The notes under the pieces are model-generated. The model did not search any database. It was not told where the DNA came from and saw only the letters and a program-made list of their open reading frames with translations. The position numbers were made by a program, and so were the translations under genes. 64,000 nt of DNA from Patescibacteria group bacterium (GTDB taxonomy: Bacteria > Patescibacteriota > Patescibacteriia > UBA9934 > GWF2-40-263): positions 68,368 through 132,367 of the forward strand of contig JBAZTR010000002.1 of the NCBI GenBank assembly GCA_041661745.1. Direction: 5' to 3'. Shown one piece after another: positions 14,051-22,972 of the stretch (the first letter of the stretch is position 1; each line of letters begins with the position of its first letter).

Positions 14051-16930
14051 TTACTTGATGACGATATTCATTAACTTGCCCGGGACAAAAATCGTTTTAA
14101 CGATTTCTTTTCCGTCTAAATATTTCTTTACGTTGTCTTCAGTTTCCGCCGCCGCTTTCACCTCAGCTTCGCCCGCTTCGGGCGAAACCACGATCGTCCC
14201 GCGAAGTTTTCCATTAACCTGGACGGCAATCGTCACCTCGTCCTCTTTCACAAGTTCGGGATCAAACTCCGGCCACGATCCTTCTTCGACAAAACCTTTA
14301 CCACCAAACGAAGAATAAATTTCGTTGGCCAAGTGCGGAGCAAAAGGACACAAGACACGAACGAATTTTAAAAGATTGTCTTTAGTGATTCCTTTCTCTT
14401 CGTAAACCACATTCACAAAAGTCATCATTTGCGCCACGGCTGTGTTGAAACGAAAACTGTCGATATCCTCGGAAACTTTTTTAATTGTTTGATGAAGGGC
14501 CCGGGTAACTTTCTTAGTTTCTTCTTTAATTATAATTTGTTCCAACCCGGAAACTCGTTCCAAAAAGCGTCTGGTCCCGACCAAACCATTGGTACTCCAC
14601 ACGGCCGGTTGATTAAACGGCCCCATAAACATTTCATAAACCCGCAGAGCATCGGCTCCGTAATCGTTTACCATGTCGTCGGGATTAATTACATTACCCC
14701 AGCGCTTCGACATTTTGCGACCATCTTCGGCCAGAATCAAACCAACGTTTTGTAAACGAGTAAAAGGTTCCTCAACGCTAACCGCGCCAATATCAAAAAG
14801 AAACTTGTGCCAAAACCGCGCATAGATAAGGTGACGGGTGGCATGCTCGGCTCCACCAACATACAAATCAACCGGCGACCAATATTTTTCTTTTTTAGCA
14901 TCAACCAAAGCTGTGTCATTTTTAGGATCCATGTACCGCAAATAATACCAACAACTGCCAGCCCATTGCGGCATGGTGTTGGTTTCACGTTTGGCCGGGC
15001 CGCCACAGTTAGGACAAGTTGTGTTAACCCACTCGTCAATGTTGGCCAGCGGCGATTCGCCAGTGCCTGTTGGTTCGTAGTGTTCAACTTGTGGAAGTTC
15101 AAGCGGTAGTTGATCTTCCGGAAGGGCGACGACTCCACACTTGGCACAATGCACAAGCGGAATTGGCTCGCCCCAATAACGCTGGCGAGAAAAAACCCAA
15201 TCACGAAGTTTATATTGCGTTTGGCATTGGCCCAAACCCTTTTCTTCCAACCAAGAAATCATGTCAGCTTTGGCTTTCCAGGTCGGCAGGCCATCCAAAA
15301 AGTCGGAATTAATGGCTACGCCTTCTTCAACAAAAACCGGTGCACCTTCCTTGTAGGCGTACCAAATCATCGGGCCATCGACAACGTTAACGGTTTTTTC
15401 TACTTCACTTTCATCAAACCAAACCGGCTCGTGATTTTTTAATTCTTCGGCCGGAATTTCATCATGATCATCGTTTACTAAATCCAAAACCGCCACACGA
15501 ATTTGCGCATATCGATTTTGACCTTTGTGCGCAGCAAAATATTCGGTGTGAACTTCGAAACCGACATCTTTAACAAATTTAAAATTTTTATAACCGGTTT
15601 CCTCGGTCGCTTCACGGATAGCCGCGGTAGATAAATCTTCGTCACCTTCAATACCACCGATAATAAAGGTGTGGAGGTGCGAACGGCTAGGTGTAATATT
15701 AGAAAACCAATTAAGCAGCAAAACTTTTCCGTCTTTCGGGTTACGAATAATGACATGAACGTTTTTGCGACGGCTTTCCGGAACCCCTTCGTGCGGCGGA
15801 TTGGCTGGATCAATGAAATGGGGAGCGACTACTTGTTTAATTGGCAAATTATATTTTGTGGCAAAGGCAAAATCGCGTTCATCGTGTGCTGGCACGGCCA
15901 TAATGGCGCCGGTGCCGTAGCCCATCAAAACATAATCAGCCACCCAAATCGGAATTTTTTCATTGTTGGCCGGATTGATGGCATAAGCGCCGGTGAAGAC
16001 GCCAGTTTTTTCTTTGGTATCATCGCCGCGTTCAATATCTGTTTTAGCTTTCGTGGCGGCAAGGTAATTTTCAACCTCAACTCGACATTCACTAGTGGTA
16101 ATTTCCGAAACAAGCGAATGTTCAGGAGCCAAAACCATGTAAGTCGCGCCAAATAAAGTGTCGGGACGGGTGGTGAAAACTCTAACCTCACCCCTTCCCT
16201 CTCCTTCGTAAGGAGAGGGGGAAACGATTTTGAAAGTAACTTCCGCCCCCTCGCTCTTACCAATCCACTCCCGCTGCATTTGCTTAATCGAGTCCGGCCA
16301 TTCGGTCAGCTTATCGAGATCGGCAAGCAGACGATCGGCATAATCGGTAATTTTCAAAACCCACTGGCGCATTGGTTTTTGTTCAACCACACTGCCGCAG
16401 CGTTCACATTTACCATCGTCCAAATCTTCATTGGCCAAACCGGTTTGGCAACTCGGGCACCAATTGATTGGTTCGAAAGATTCATAAGCCAAACCTTTTT
16501 TAAACATCTGAAGAAACGCCCATTGTGTCCATTTATAATATTTTGGATCAGTTGTGTTTACTTCCCTGTCCCAATCATAAGTAAAACCAAGAATGGAAAG
16601 CTGTTTTTTAAAAACTTCAATATTCTGCTTAGTAGCCACGGCCGGATGGACTTTATTTTTAATGGCAAAATTTTCCGCCGGCAAGCCAAAAGCATCCCAA
16701 CCCATGGGGTGAAGAACAGAAAAACCCTGCATCATTTTAGTGCGAGCTACAACATCGGTGGCAATGTAGCCTTTAGGGTGACCAACGTGAAGCCCGGCGC
16801 CGGAAGGATATGGAAACATGTCGAGGGCATAAAACTTTTTCTTGCCAGAATCTTCATTAGTTTTAAAAATGCCGGACTTGGCCCATTTTTCCTGCCACTT
16901 TTTCTCAATTTGTTTGTGATCGTAAGGCAT
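14051..16930 (-). CDS. leuS: Leucyl-tRNA synthetase carrying an inserted Nudix hydrolase domain (about residues 385-530) and an in-frame palindromic element (residues 237-251)
   Basis: HVGH motif (GAGLHVGHPKGY), KMSKR motif (GRKMSKRWGN) and CP1 editing region (TTRPDT). A Nudix box GGIEGDEDLSTAAIREATEETGY sits between AVPAHDERDFAFATKY and the leucyl-specific region YKLRDWVFSRQRYWGEPIP. Confidence 0.9.
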   Translation of the reverse strand: MPYDHKQIEKKWQEKWAKSGIFKTNEDSGKKKFYALDMFPYPSGAGLHVGHPKGYIATDVVARTKMMQGFSVLHPMGWDAFGLPAENFAIKNKVHPAVATKQNIEVFKKQLSILGFTYDWDREVNTTDPKYYKWTQWAFLQMFKKGLAYESFEPINWCPSCQTGLANEDLDDGKCERCGSVVEQKPMRQWVLKITDYADRLLADLDKLTEWPDSIKQMQREWIGKSEGAEVTFKIVSPSPYEGEGRGEVRVFTTRPDTLFGATYMVLAPEHSLVSEITTSECRVEVENYLAATKAKTDIERGDDTKEKTGVFTGAYAINPANNEKIPIWVADYVLMGYGTGAIMAVPAHDERDFAFATKYNLPIKQVVAPHFIDPANPPHEGVPESRRKNVHVIIRNPKDGKVLLLNWFSNITPSRSHLHTFIIGGIEGDEDLSTAAIREATEETGYKNFKFVKDVGFEVHTEYFAAHKGQNRYAQIRVAVLDLVNDDHDEIPAEELKNHEPVWFDESEVEKTVNVVDGPMIWYAYKEGAPVFVEEGVAINSDFLDGLPTWKAKADMISWLEEKGLGQCQTQYKLRDWVFSRQRYWGEPIPLVHCAKCGVVALPEDQLPLELPQVEHYEPTGTGESPLANIDEWVNTTCPNCGGPAKRETNTMPQWAGSCWYYLRYMDPKNDTALVDAKKEKYWSPVDLYVGGAEHATRHLIYARFWHKFLFDIGAVSVEEPFTRLQNVGLILAEDGRKMSKRWGNVINPDDMVNDYGADALRVYEMFMGPFNQPAVWSTNGLVGTRRFLERVSGLEQIIIKEETKKVTRALHQTIKKVSEDIDSFRFNTAVAQMMTFVNVVYEEKGITKDNLLKFVRVLCPFAPHLANEIYSSFGGKGFVEEGSWPEFDPELVKEDEVTIAVQVNGKLRGTIVVSPEAGEAEVKAAAETEDNVKKYLDGKEIVKTIFVPGKLMNIVIK
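15340..15780 (-). other. Nudix hydrolase domain inserted within the leuS coding sequence (approximate bounds)
   Basis: Nudix signature GX5EX7REUXEEXGU is satisfied by GGIEGDEDLSTAAIREATEETGY. About 150 aa are extra relative to E. coli LeuS at this position. Confidence 0.6.
16183..16221. repeat. GC-rich palindromic element copy B, in-frame inside leuS (encodes ...SPSPYEGEGRGEVRV...)
   Basis: TAACCTCACCCCttCCCTCTCCTTcgtAAGGAGAGGGGg. Base composition contrasts sharply with the surrounding leuS sequence. Confidence 0.8.
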
Positions 16931-16960
16931 ATTTACGCTTGGAAGTGTAGCAAATTACCT

Positions 16961-17075
16961 TGAGGTTTGGAAGGGTTATGAAGGGCTCCGAAGGGTTGTA
17001 AAGGGTTATTGAACTATATTCTTTAATATAAATCTTCCAAAGCCCTTCCCAGCCCTTCAAGACACTTCATAAAAA
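16961..17075. repeat. Inverted repeat built from periodic GAAGGG / CCCTTC units in the leuS leader
   Basis: Left arm ggaagggttatgaagggctccgaagggttgtaaagggtta, loop of about 30 nt, right arm tccaaagcccttcccagcccttcaagacac. On the mRNA strand the CCCTTC-rich arm precedes the leuS ATG by about 35 nt. Confidence 0.6.
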
Positions 17076-17138
17076 AATTCCCACCATATTTCAAACAGGT
17101 CACCACCTTAAACTAACAAACAAAATTAACAAGATTAT

Positions 17139-17168
17139 AAAAAACGACGGACAAGCCGTCGTTTTTTT
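17139..17168. terminator. Bidirectional intrinsic terminator after gdhA
   Basis: aaaaaACGACGGacaaGCCGTCGTttttttt. Confidence 0.7.
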
Positions 17169-17178
17169 CTAAAATAAA

Positions 17179-18405
17179 TTATTTCATGGCCGCTTCGATT
17201 CTTTCCATAGCCACGACAAAGGCCGCTTCGCGGACTGTACAGTTCAAAAAAGTTTTTTTATCCCATACCGCTGTAAGAGCAGCTTGCATGGTTTCACCTA
17301 ATTTAGCTTTCACTTGCTCTTCGGTCCATTTTTCATCCTTCATGTTTTGTGCCCACTCAAAATAACTAACAGTAACACCACCGGCGTTGGCCAGAATATC
17401 TGGAACAACCGGAATACCACGGGCCGCAAAAATTTCGTCAGCTTCTGGGGTAGTCGGACCGTTGGCAACTTCAAGAATCGCTTTAGCTTTAACGCGTGGG
17501 GCGTTGTCAGCCAAAAATTGATTCTCCAAAGCCGCTGGCACCAACACTTCGCACTCAAGCTCAAGCAATTCAGCATTAGAAATATTCTGAGCACCAGGAA
17601 AATTTTGAACCGAACCGGTTTCTTTCTTGTGAGCGTCAACGGCAGTTACATCCAAACCTTCTGGGTTATAAATTCCACCACGTGAATCGGACAAGCCCAC
17701 GACTTTATAACCGTTCTTAAAAAAGAGATTGGCCATTTGGTGTCCAGCATTGCCAAAACCTTGGACAACAATGCGACAAGCTTCCTTACTAATATTCAAA
17801 CGCTCGCGCAAACCTTCAAAAACAAAGTAACCGCCATCACCCGTGGCCGTGCCACGACCAAGCGAACCGCCGGCTTCAATGGTTTTCCCAGTAATAACAG
17901 CGAGCGGATGCGGATGATTGGTGGTTTTTTTAAATTCATCGACAATCCAATCCATTTCGCGCGGGGTGGTGTTAACATCCGGGGCTGGCACGTCTTTTTC
18001 CGGACCAATCACATCGGCTAAAGCCTTAGCCCAACCGCGCGTTAAACGTTCGAGTTCGCCAACCGAAAGAGTTTTTGGATCAACGGTAATTCCCCCCTTG
18101 CCGCCACCCATAGGAATTCCAACCACGGCACATTTCATGGACATCCAAAGAGCTAAAGCTCGCACCTCATCAATATTTGTTTCGTGATGATAACGGATAC
18201 CGCCTTTGTACGGCCCACGAGCGTTGTTGTGTTGAACGCGGTAGCCGGTAAAAATCTTTTGTGTACCATCATCCATTTTTATAGGAATCGCAATCTGAAT
18301 TTCCCGTTGTGGCTGACGCAGTTGGGCCAAAAAATCAGGGTTAAAAGACTGAAATTTGGCGGCCCGATCAAGCTGTTTCAAAGCGCTCTCGAATGGATTA
18401 GGCAT
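17179..18405 (-). CDS. gdhA: NAD(P)-dependent glutamate dehydrogenase
   Basis: KGGIRYH, GVPMGGGKGG and NAGGV motifs. Start at internal Met MPNPFESALKQ. Confidence 0.85.
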   Translation of the reverse strand: MPNPFESALKQLDRAAKFQSFNPDFLAQLRQPQREIQIAIPIKMDDGTQKIFTGYRVQHNNARGPYKGGIRYHHETNIDEVRALALWMSMKCAVVGIPMGGGKGGITVDPKTLSVGELERLTRGWAKALADVIGPEKDVPAPDVNTTPREMDWIVDEFKKTTNHPHPLAVITGKTIEAGGSLGRGTATGDGGYFVFEGLRERLNISKEACRIVVQGFGNAGHQMANLFFKNGYKVVGLSDSRGGIYNPEGLDVTAVDAHKKETGSVQNFPGAQNISNAELLELECEVLVPAALENQFLADNAPRVKAKAILEVANGPTTPEADEIFAARGIPVVPDILANAGGVTVSYFEWAQNMKDEKWTEEQVKAKLGETMQAALTAVWDKKTFLNCTVREAAFVVAMERIEAAMK

Positions 18406-18562
18406 AGTGCAAAAAATTATTTTTTTCCTAGGACGAATATAGATTAATACTTTGGTAAGTGGAGGGCAACAAAAAAAGTGTATAACCATTGACAACAAGG
18501 AAATTTTATGTTAAAAATAACCGCCTCTTTGAGTCCACCCCGCAAATTCTCCCGGAGGAGAA

Positions 18563-18811
18563 ATGCTAGGAAAGTTCCTTGGCAACGAATTCGCCACGCC
18601 GGTCACGGCAGTCACTCTCATGGTTGCGGCCATGCTCATCTACGCCGGAATGGCCTGCCGACTGCACGTTGGCACGCCGGCCTTCATCTGGTTGGCCCTG
18701 GTGTTGGCCTTCCTGGTGGAGGCCAACCTCGAGTGCCTCCCGGCCCGGTGGATGACGAAGGGTTTTGCCGTGGCCCTCGCCGGCGCCGCGGCCGTCTGCG
18801 TCATCTTCTGA
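18563..18811 (+). CDS. Small GC-rich membrane protein with 2 predicted TM helices; hypothetical
   Basis: GGAGGAG Shine-Dalgarno 6 nt upstream of the ATG. Two hydrophobic helices. Overlapping longer ORFs on both strands are R/G/P-rich noise. Immediately followed by palindromic element copy F plus a T-run. Confidence 0.35.
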   Translation: MLGKFLGNEFATPVTAVTLMVAAMLIYAGMACRLHVGTPAFIWLALVLAFLVEANLECLPARWMTKGFAVALAGAAAVCVIF

Positions 18812-18813
18812 GT

Positions 18814-18860
18814 CTTCCTCCCCAACCCGCCCCTCCTCAACTCTCGAGGAGCGGTTTTTT
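18814..18860 (+). repeat. GC-rich palindromic element copy F, acting as terminator stem after the small membrane ORF
   Basis: CTTCCTCCCCAACCCGCCCCTCCTCaactctcGAGGAGCGG + TTTTTTT. Aligns with copy C sense sequence CCTCACCCCCCAACCCCTCTCCTTacgAAGGAGAGGGG. Confidence 0.6.
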
Positions 18861-18870
18861 TAATCAAAAA

Positions 18871-18892
18871 AACAACGGTCGAAACCGTCGTT
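18871..18892 (-). terminator. trxB terminator hairpin
   Basis: Minus-strand reading AACGACGGtttcgaCCGTTGTT followed by a T-run. Confidence 0.5.
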
Positions 18893-18894
18893 TT

Positions 18895-18950
18895 CACCTC
18901 TCCCCTTCTCCCCTCTCCTTCGTAAGGAGAGGGGTTGGGGGGTGAGGTTA
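18895..18950 (-). repeat. GC-rich palindromic element copy C at the 3' end of trxB; its TAA terminus is the trxB stop codon
   Basis: Minus-strand reading TAACCTCACCCCccaaCCCCTCTCCTTacgAAGGAGAGGGGagaaggggagaggtga. Copies C and F are tail-to-tail around two convergent terminators. Confidence 0.75.
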
Positions 18951-19871
18951 TTTTTGTAACCAACGTTCAGCATCCATGGCTGCCATACAACCAGTACCAG
19001 CCGAAGTGATAGCCTGACGATAACGAGTATCGGCAACATCACCGCCGGCGAAAACACCAGGGACACTGGTTTCACTCCCACGCCCCTTACATATAATGTA
19101 ACCACGCTCATCCATTTCCACTTGTCCCTTAAACATTTCTGTATTCGGTTTGTGGCCAATGGCCGGAAAAATGCCATCGACCTTAATTTCTGTTTCCTCG
19201 TTGGTTTTAGAATTCAGAACTTTTGCGCCGGTTACCTTTGTCCCATCACCAAGAACTTCTTTAACCGAAACATTCCAAACAAAATTAATTTTTGCTTCGG
19301 CCTGGGCTTTCTCTTGCATGATTTTTGAGGCTTTTAGACTTTCACCGCGTACCAGAACTGTTACCTTATTGGCAAACTTAGCGAGGTCAAGAGCCTCCTC
19401 CATAGCGGCATCACCACCACCAACAACCGCGACTTCTTTACCTTTAAAGAAAAAGCCATCGCAAGTGGCGCAAACCGAAACCCCCTTACCTTTATACTGT
19501 TCCTCGCCCGGCACATTCATCCAAATGGCCGAGGCTCCGGTGGCAATAACCAAACTCTCGGTTTGGTATTCCGCCCCGCTGGTCGAAACAATCTTAAAAG
19601 GCTGCGCCGACAAATCAACCGAAGCAATATTTTCGGCGATAATTTTTGTTCCAAACTTTTCCGCCTGTTTTCGCATGCGCTCTTCCATTAACTCCGAACC
19701 ATAAACACCTTCAGGAAAGCCGGGAAAATTTTCGACGACTGTTGTCCACATTAATTGCCCGCCTGGTTGCGGCCCGGAAAACAAAACCGGAGCAAGTTCA
19801 GCTCGCGCGGCGTAAATGGCCGCCGTGTAACCGGCCGGACCAGCGCCGATGATGATTATTTTTTCTGACAT
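18948..19871 (-). CDS. trxB: Thioredoxin-disulfide reductase
   Basis: GAGPAGYTAA FAD motif, CATC redox site, GGGDAAMEEA NADPH motif. Confidence 0.9.
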   Translation of the reverse strand: MSEKIIIIGAGPAGYTAAIYAARAELAPVLFSGPQPGGQLMWTTVVENFPGFPEGVYGSELMEERMRKQAEKFGTKIIAENIASVDLSAQPFKIVSTSGAEYQTESLVIATGASAIWMNVPGEEQYKGKGVSVCATCDGFFFKGKEVAVVGGGDAAMEEALDLAKFANKVTVLVRGESLKASKIMQEKAQAEAKINFVWNVSVKEVLGDGTKVTGAKVLNSKTNEETEIKVDGIFPAIGHKPNTEMFKGQVEMDERGYIICKGRGSETSVPGVFAGGDVADTRYRQAITSAGTGCMAAMDAERWLQK

Positions 19872-19877
19872 AAATTA

Positions 19878-20426
19878 TCAATTAATTAAATATTCCCAAC
19901 CCGGTTGCCAGGCTTTGTTTTTCCGCCAATCCTCGGCAAAAGCTTGTTCCCAGGTTTTATTTTTTAGCAGGACGTCGAGAGCTAACTGCGGCGCTTTGTG
20001 AGCCACAATAGCCACGTGCTTACCGTCATAATTTTCTTTTAGGTGCTTAAGAAAATCAGCGATTCTTATTTTAACATCTTCATAACTTTCTCCGCCAGGG
20101 AAACGGTTGATAATATTTTGTTCCTGAAGCGGCTCGACAATGCTTGAGGGTTGGGCGTTAAAGTCCCCGTAGTCGCATTCACGAAGTCGCTTATCTTGAA
20201 TAATCTGCCAACCACTATCACCAAAAGTCAATTGTGCCGAAGCAACTGCTCGTTTCAAATCAGAACAAAAAACCACATCAAATTTCTTATCTTTGATATG
20301 GTTTTTTAATTCAATAGATTGTTTTATCCCAAGTTCGGATAATTCAGCATCATGACAGCCGGAAGAAATCTCTCTTTCATTATCAGTGGTGGTTCCGTGA
20401 ACAAAGTAAGTAATTTGAACTGACAT
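19878..20426 (-). CDS. Histidine phosphatase family protein (phosphoglycerate mutase-like)
   Basis: N-terminal VHGTTTDNE resembles the RHG catalytic motif of branch-1 histidine phosphatases. Length 182 aa. Confidence 0.55.
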   Translation of the reverse strand: MSVQITYFVHGTTTDNEREISSGCHDAELSELGIKQSIELKNHIKDKKFDVVFCSDLKRAVASAQLTFGDSGWQIIQDKRLRECDYGDFNAQPSSIVEPLQEQNIINRFPGGESYEDVKIRIADFLKHLKENYDGKHVAIVAHKAPQLALDVLLKNKTWEQAFAEDWRKNKAWQPGWEYLIN

Positions 20427-20430
20427 AAAA

Positions 20431-20482
20431 CAGGGGTTCTCCCTCTCTCGTCGCCACGACGGGGGAGGGTTGGGGTGGGGGC
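20431..20482 (-). repeat. Divergent copy E of the GC-rich palindromic element family, intergenic between trxA and the histidine phosphatase gene
   Basis: Minus-strand reading gcCCCCACCCCAACCCTCCCCCgtcgtggcgacgAGAGAGGGagaacccc. It has the same architecture, with compensatory changes that keep a stem (CCCTCCCCCGTCG / CGACGAGAGAGGG). Confidence 0.5.
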
Positions 20483-20800
20483 CTAGAGCGCTCGCTCAAT
20501 TCTTTCCTTCATCGCTTCCTTGGTTAAAGCTCCGGAAAACTGATCAACCGGCTGACCACCTTTAAAAACCATGAAGGTTGGAATAGAAAGGATATTAAAA
20601 CGTTGAGCCACCTCGGTTTCTTCGTCAACATTAACTTTGGCCACAATAACGGAATCCATCTCATTGGCCAGCTCTTCGACAATCGGCCCCATCATGCGAC
20701 ACGGACCGCACCACGGTGCCCAGAAATCGACAAACACCGGCTTATCAGATTGCAAAATGGTTTGATCAAAATTTTGTGAAGTTAAGTTGAGTTCAGACAT
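20483..20800 (-). CDS. trxA: Thioredoxin
   Basis: WAPWCGPCRM active site. Length 105 aa. Confidence 0.9.
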   Translation of the reverse strand: MSELNLTSQNFDQTILQSDKPVFVDFWAPWCGPCRMMGPIVEELANEMDSVIVAKVNVDEETEVAQRFNILSIPTFMVFKGGQPVDQFSGALTKEAMKERIERAL

Positions 20801-20811
20801 ATTTTTATTTT

Positions 20812-20900
20812 AGGTGTGTAGTAGGTAGGTCAGTAGTGGGTAGGCAAAAACCTCCGTCGAGACATCTTGCCTACATACTACCTACTACATACTATCAGCC
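20812..20900. repeat. Inverted repeat forming the trxA leader: GTAG-type arm plus CTAC-type arm
   Basis: Left arm gtgtagtaggtaggtcagtagtgggtaggca, 22 nt loop, right arm tgcctacatactacctactacatac. The CTAC-rich strand ends about 15 nt before the trxA ATG on the mRNA strand. Confidence 0.6.
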
Positions 20901-20907
20901 TTAATTA

Positions 20908-22929
20908 TTATCTAGCACGAATACCTTTAATTTCAAGAAGCCGTCCTTTAACTTCTTCAGTATAGAGTTCGAAAATATCACCAGCTTCGGCTTTGGTTTT
21001 ACTCTTATAACCAACACCGCATTCTTGTCCGGCTTTGGCATCCTTAACCTCGGCTCGACCAATTTGAACGGTAAGGATTTCACCTTCACCAACAATTTGT
21101 TCGGCTCGCCAGATACGAATTTTTGCCTTGGGTTTTATTTTACCATCTTTAACGCGCAAGCCAACAATCCAACCGTTATCAAGTTTTTTAAAGTTAGCTA
21201 AAACCTCGGCTTTACCAATTTCCGTCACCACGGTCTCTGATGGCAAAAGTTTTTGCAGGTCAGTTAAAAGATCTTCGAATAATTTATAAATAATGCTGTA
21301 CTCGCGAACCGTAACATTTTTGTCACGAGCCAATTCTTCAGCCGTTGTGGTTGGCTTGGCGTTGAAACCAATAACCACAGCACCGGTTGCTTCGGCATTT
21401 AGAATATCTGACTCGACAATATGCCCGAGTCCTTTGCCGACCACCTCAATACCAACCTCGGGATGTTGCACGGTGTCGAGCATACCAAGAATAGCCTCGA
21501 GCGAACCGAGCACATCGGCGCGCAACACCACCTTACGAGTTTGTTTGACTCCCTCGCCGTCAGTCGGCGCAGCGTGTTTAATGGAGGCGACTTCTTCAGT
21601 GGCGCGCATTGGTTTAACTTTAAGTTTTTTAAGAGCCGCGGCATCGGCCGGAACTTCAATTACATCGCCAACTGCCGGAGCGGCGCGAAGTCCAATAAGT
21701 TTTACCGGCATTGATGGCGGAGCGATTTTTACCAACTCGCCTTTCCAATCACGCATGGCCCGAACGCGGCCATAAAGTGCATCGGCCACACCAAGATCAT
21801 CACCAATCCGCAAAGTGCCGGCCTGCACCAAAATTGAAGCAACCGGTCCTTCACCCGGATCAACGTGTGACTCGATAACCGTACCAATGGCCGGACGGTC
21901 TGGGTTGGCACGAATAAATTTTTCGTTCATGTCGGCCGTCAAAATCAAAACATCTAGTAAATCATCAATACCAGTGCCGAGCTTAGCGGCCACAGGAATG
22001 ATCACGGTTTTTCCACCCCATTCTTCTGGAATCAAATTCAATTCTGCCAACTGGCCTTTAACCCGTTCTTGGTTAGCATCGGGTTTATCGATTTTATTCA
22101 AAGCCACGACAAACGGTAAGTGGCTAGACTGAATAATATTAACAGCCTCTTTGGTTTGTGGTTGCACACCATCATCAGCGGCTACAACTAGAATAGCAAT
22201 ATCAGCCACCTTAGCTCCGCGTGAACGCATGACTGTAAAAGCTTCGTGTCCAGGTGTATCAATAAAAGTTAAAAGACGGCCTTTGCGTTCAACTTGATAG
22301 GCACCAATGTGTTGGGTGATTCCACCAGCCTCAGACTCCATGACATTGGTTTTACGAATAGCGTCAAGAATTTTTGTTTTGCCGTGGTCAACGTGACCCA
22401 TGACAACAATAACCGGCGGACGATTTTTTAGGGTCTCTTCGGTTTCTTCGGCCGCGACTTCGGTCAAACGCTTGTCGGCCTCGGGATTAACTGCTTCCTC
22501 TTTTCCTTCTTCCTCAAGAGTTGCCTTGTAACCCAAATCCTCGGCAATGATTGAAGCTGTGTCAAAATCCAATCTCTCGTTAAGCGAAGCAAAAATTCCG
22601 CTACGCATTAATTCCTGCATAACCTTAGGTACTGGCAACTGCAAAAGCGAAGCAAAATCACGAACGGTTATAATGGCTGGCAAGACAATTGGTTTTTGTT
22701 CTTCGGCTGTCCGAGACTCACGGCGTTCTTGCTCGGCCTTTTGCGTTTCCATTCTTTCCTGTAATCTTTGACGGCGCTTTAATTCGGCCCAAGCATTCTG
22801 AATCTGACCAGCCACACGGTCATCAACCTTGATGGCGTGTGTACCAATACTAAAACCAAGCTCCGGCAGTTTGCTCCGTAACTCCTCTGGTAACACATTC
22901 AGGCGACGAGCCAGTTCGGATATATTCAT
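20908..22929 (-). CDS. infB: Translation initiation factor IF-2
   Basis: [16 protein letters not shown]-domain, DTPGHEAF motif, characteristic C-terminal domain. Confidence 0.9.
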   Translation of the reverse strand: MNISELARRLNVLPEELRSKLPELGFSIGTHAIKVDDRVAGQIQNAWAELKRRQRLQERMETQKAEQERRESRTAEEQKPIVLPAIITVRDFASLLQLPVPKVMQELMRSGIFASLNERLDFDTASIIAEDLGYKATLEEEGKEEAVNPEADKRLTEVAAEETEETLKNRPPVIVVMGHVDHGKTKILDAIRKTNVMESEAGGITQHIGAYQVERKGRLLTFIDTPGHEAFTVMRSRGAKVADIAILVVAADDGVQPQTKEAVNIIQSSHLPFVVALNKIDKPDANQERVKGQLAELNLIPEEWGGKTVIIPVAAKLGTGIDDLLDVLILTADMNEKFIRANPDRPAIGTVIESHVDPGEGPVASILVQAGTLRIGDDLGVADALYGRVRAMRDWKGELVKIAPPSMPVKLIGLRAAPAVGDVIEVPADAAALKKLKVKPMRATEEVASIKHAAPTDGEGVKQTRKVVLRADVLGSLEAILGMLDTVQHPEVGIEVVGKGLGHIVESDILNAEATGAVVIGFNAKPTTTAEELARDKNVTVREYSIIYKLFEDLLTDLQKLLPSETVVTEIGKAEVLANFKKLDNGWIVGLRVKDGKIKPKAKIRIWRAEQIVGEGEILTVQIGRAEVKDAKAGQECGVGYKSKTKAEAGDIFELYTEEVKGRLLEIKGIRAR

Positions 22930-22972
22930 AAGTGGTTAAATAATAATGCTTTTAGTAGAATAAGTAAAGATT

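Noticed and set aside
16931-17178. T-box riboswitch in the leuS leader
   Set aside because: No T-box consensus (AGGGUGGNACCGCG-like) and no specifier-loop architecture. The region is instead a GAAGGG/CCCTTC inverted repeat.
18508-18963. ORFs 18508-18945 (+) and 18640-18963 (-) spanning the small GC-rich patch
   Set aside because: R/G/P-rich low-complexity translations with no start context. The 82-aa ORF with a Shine-Dalgarno is the only coding-like reading. The minus ORF is largely the translation of palindromic element C.
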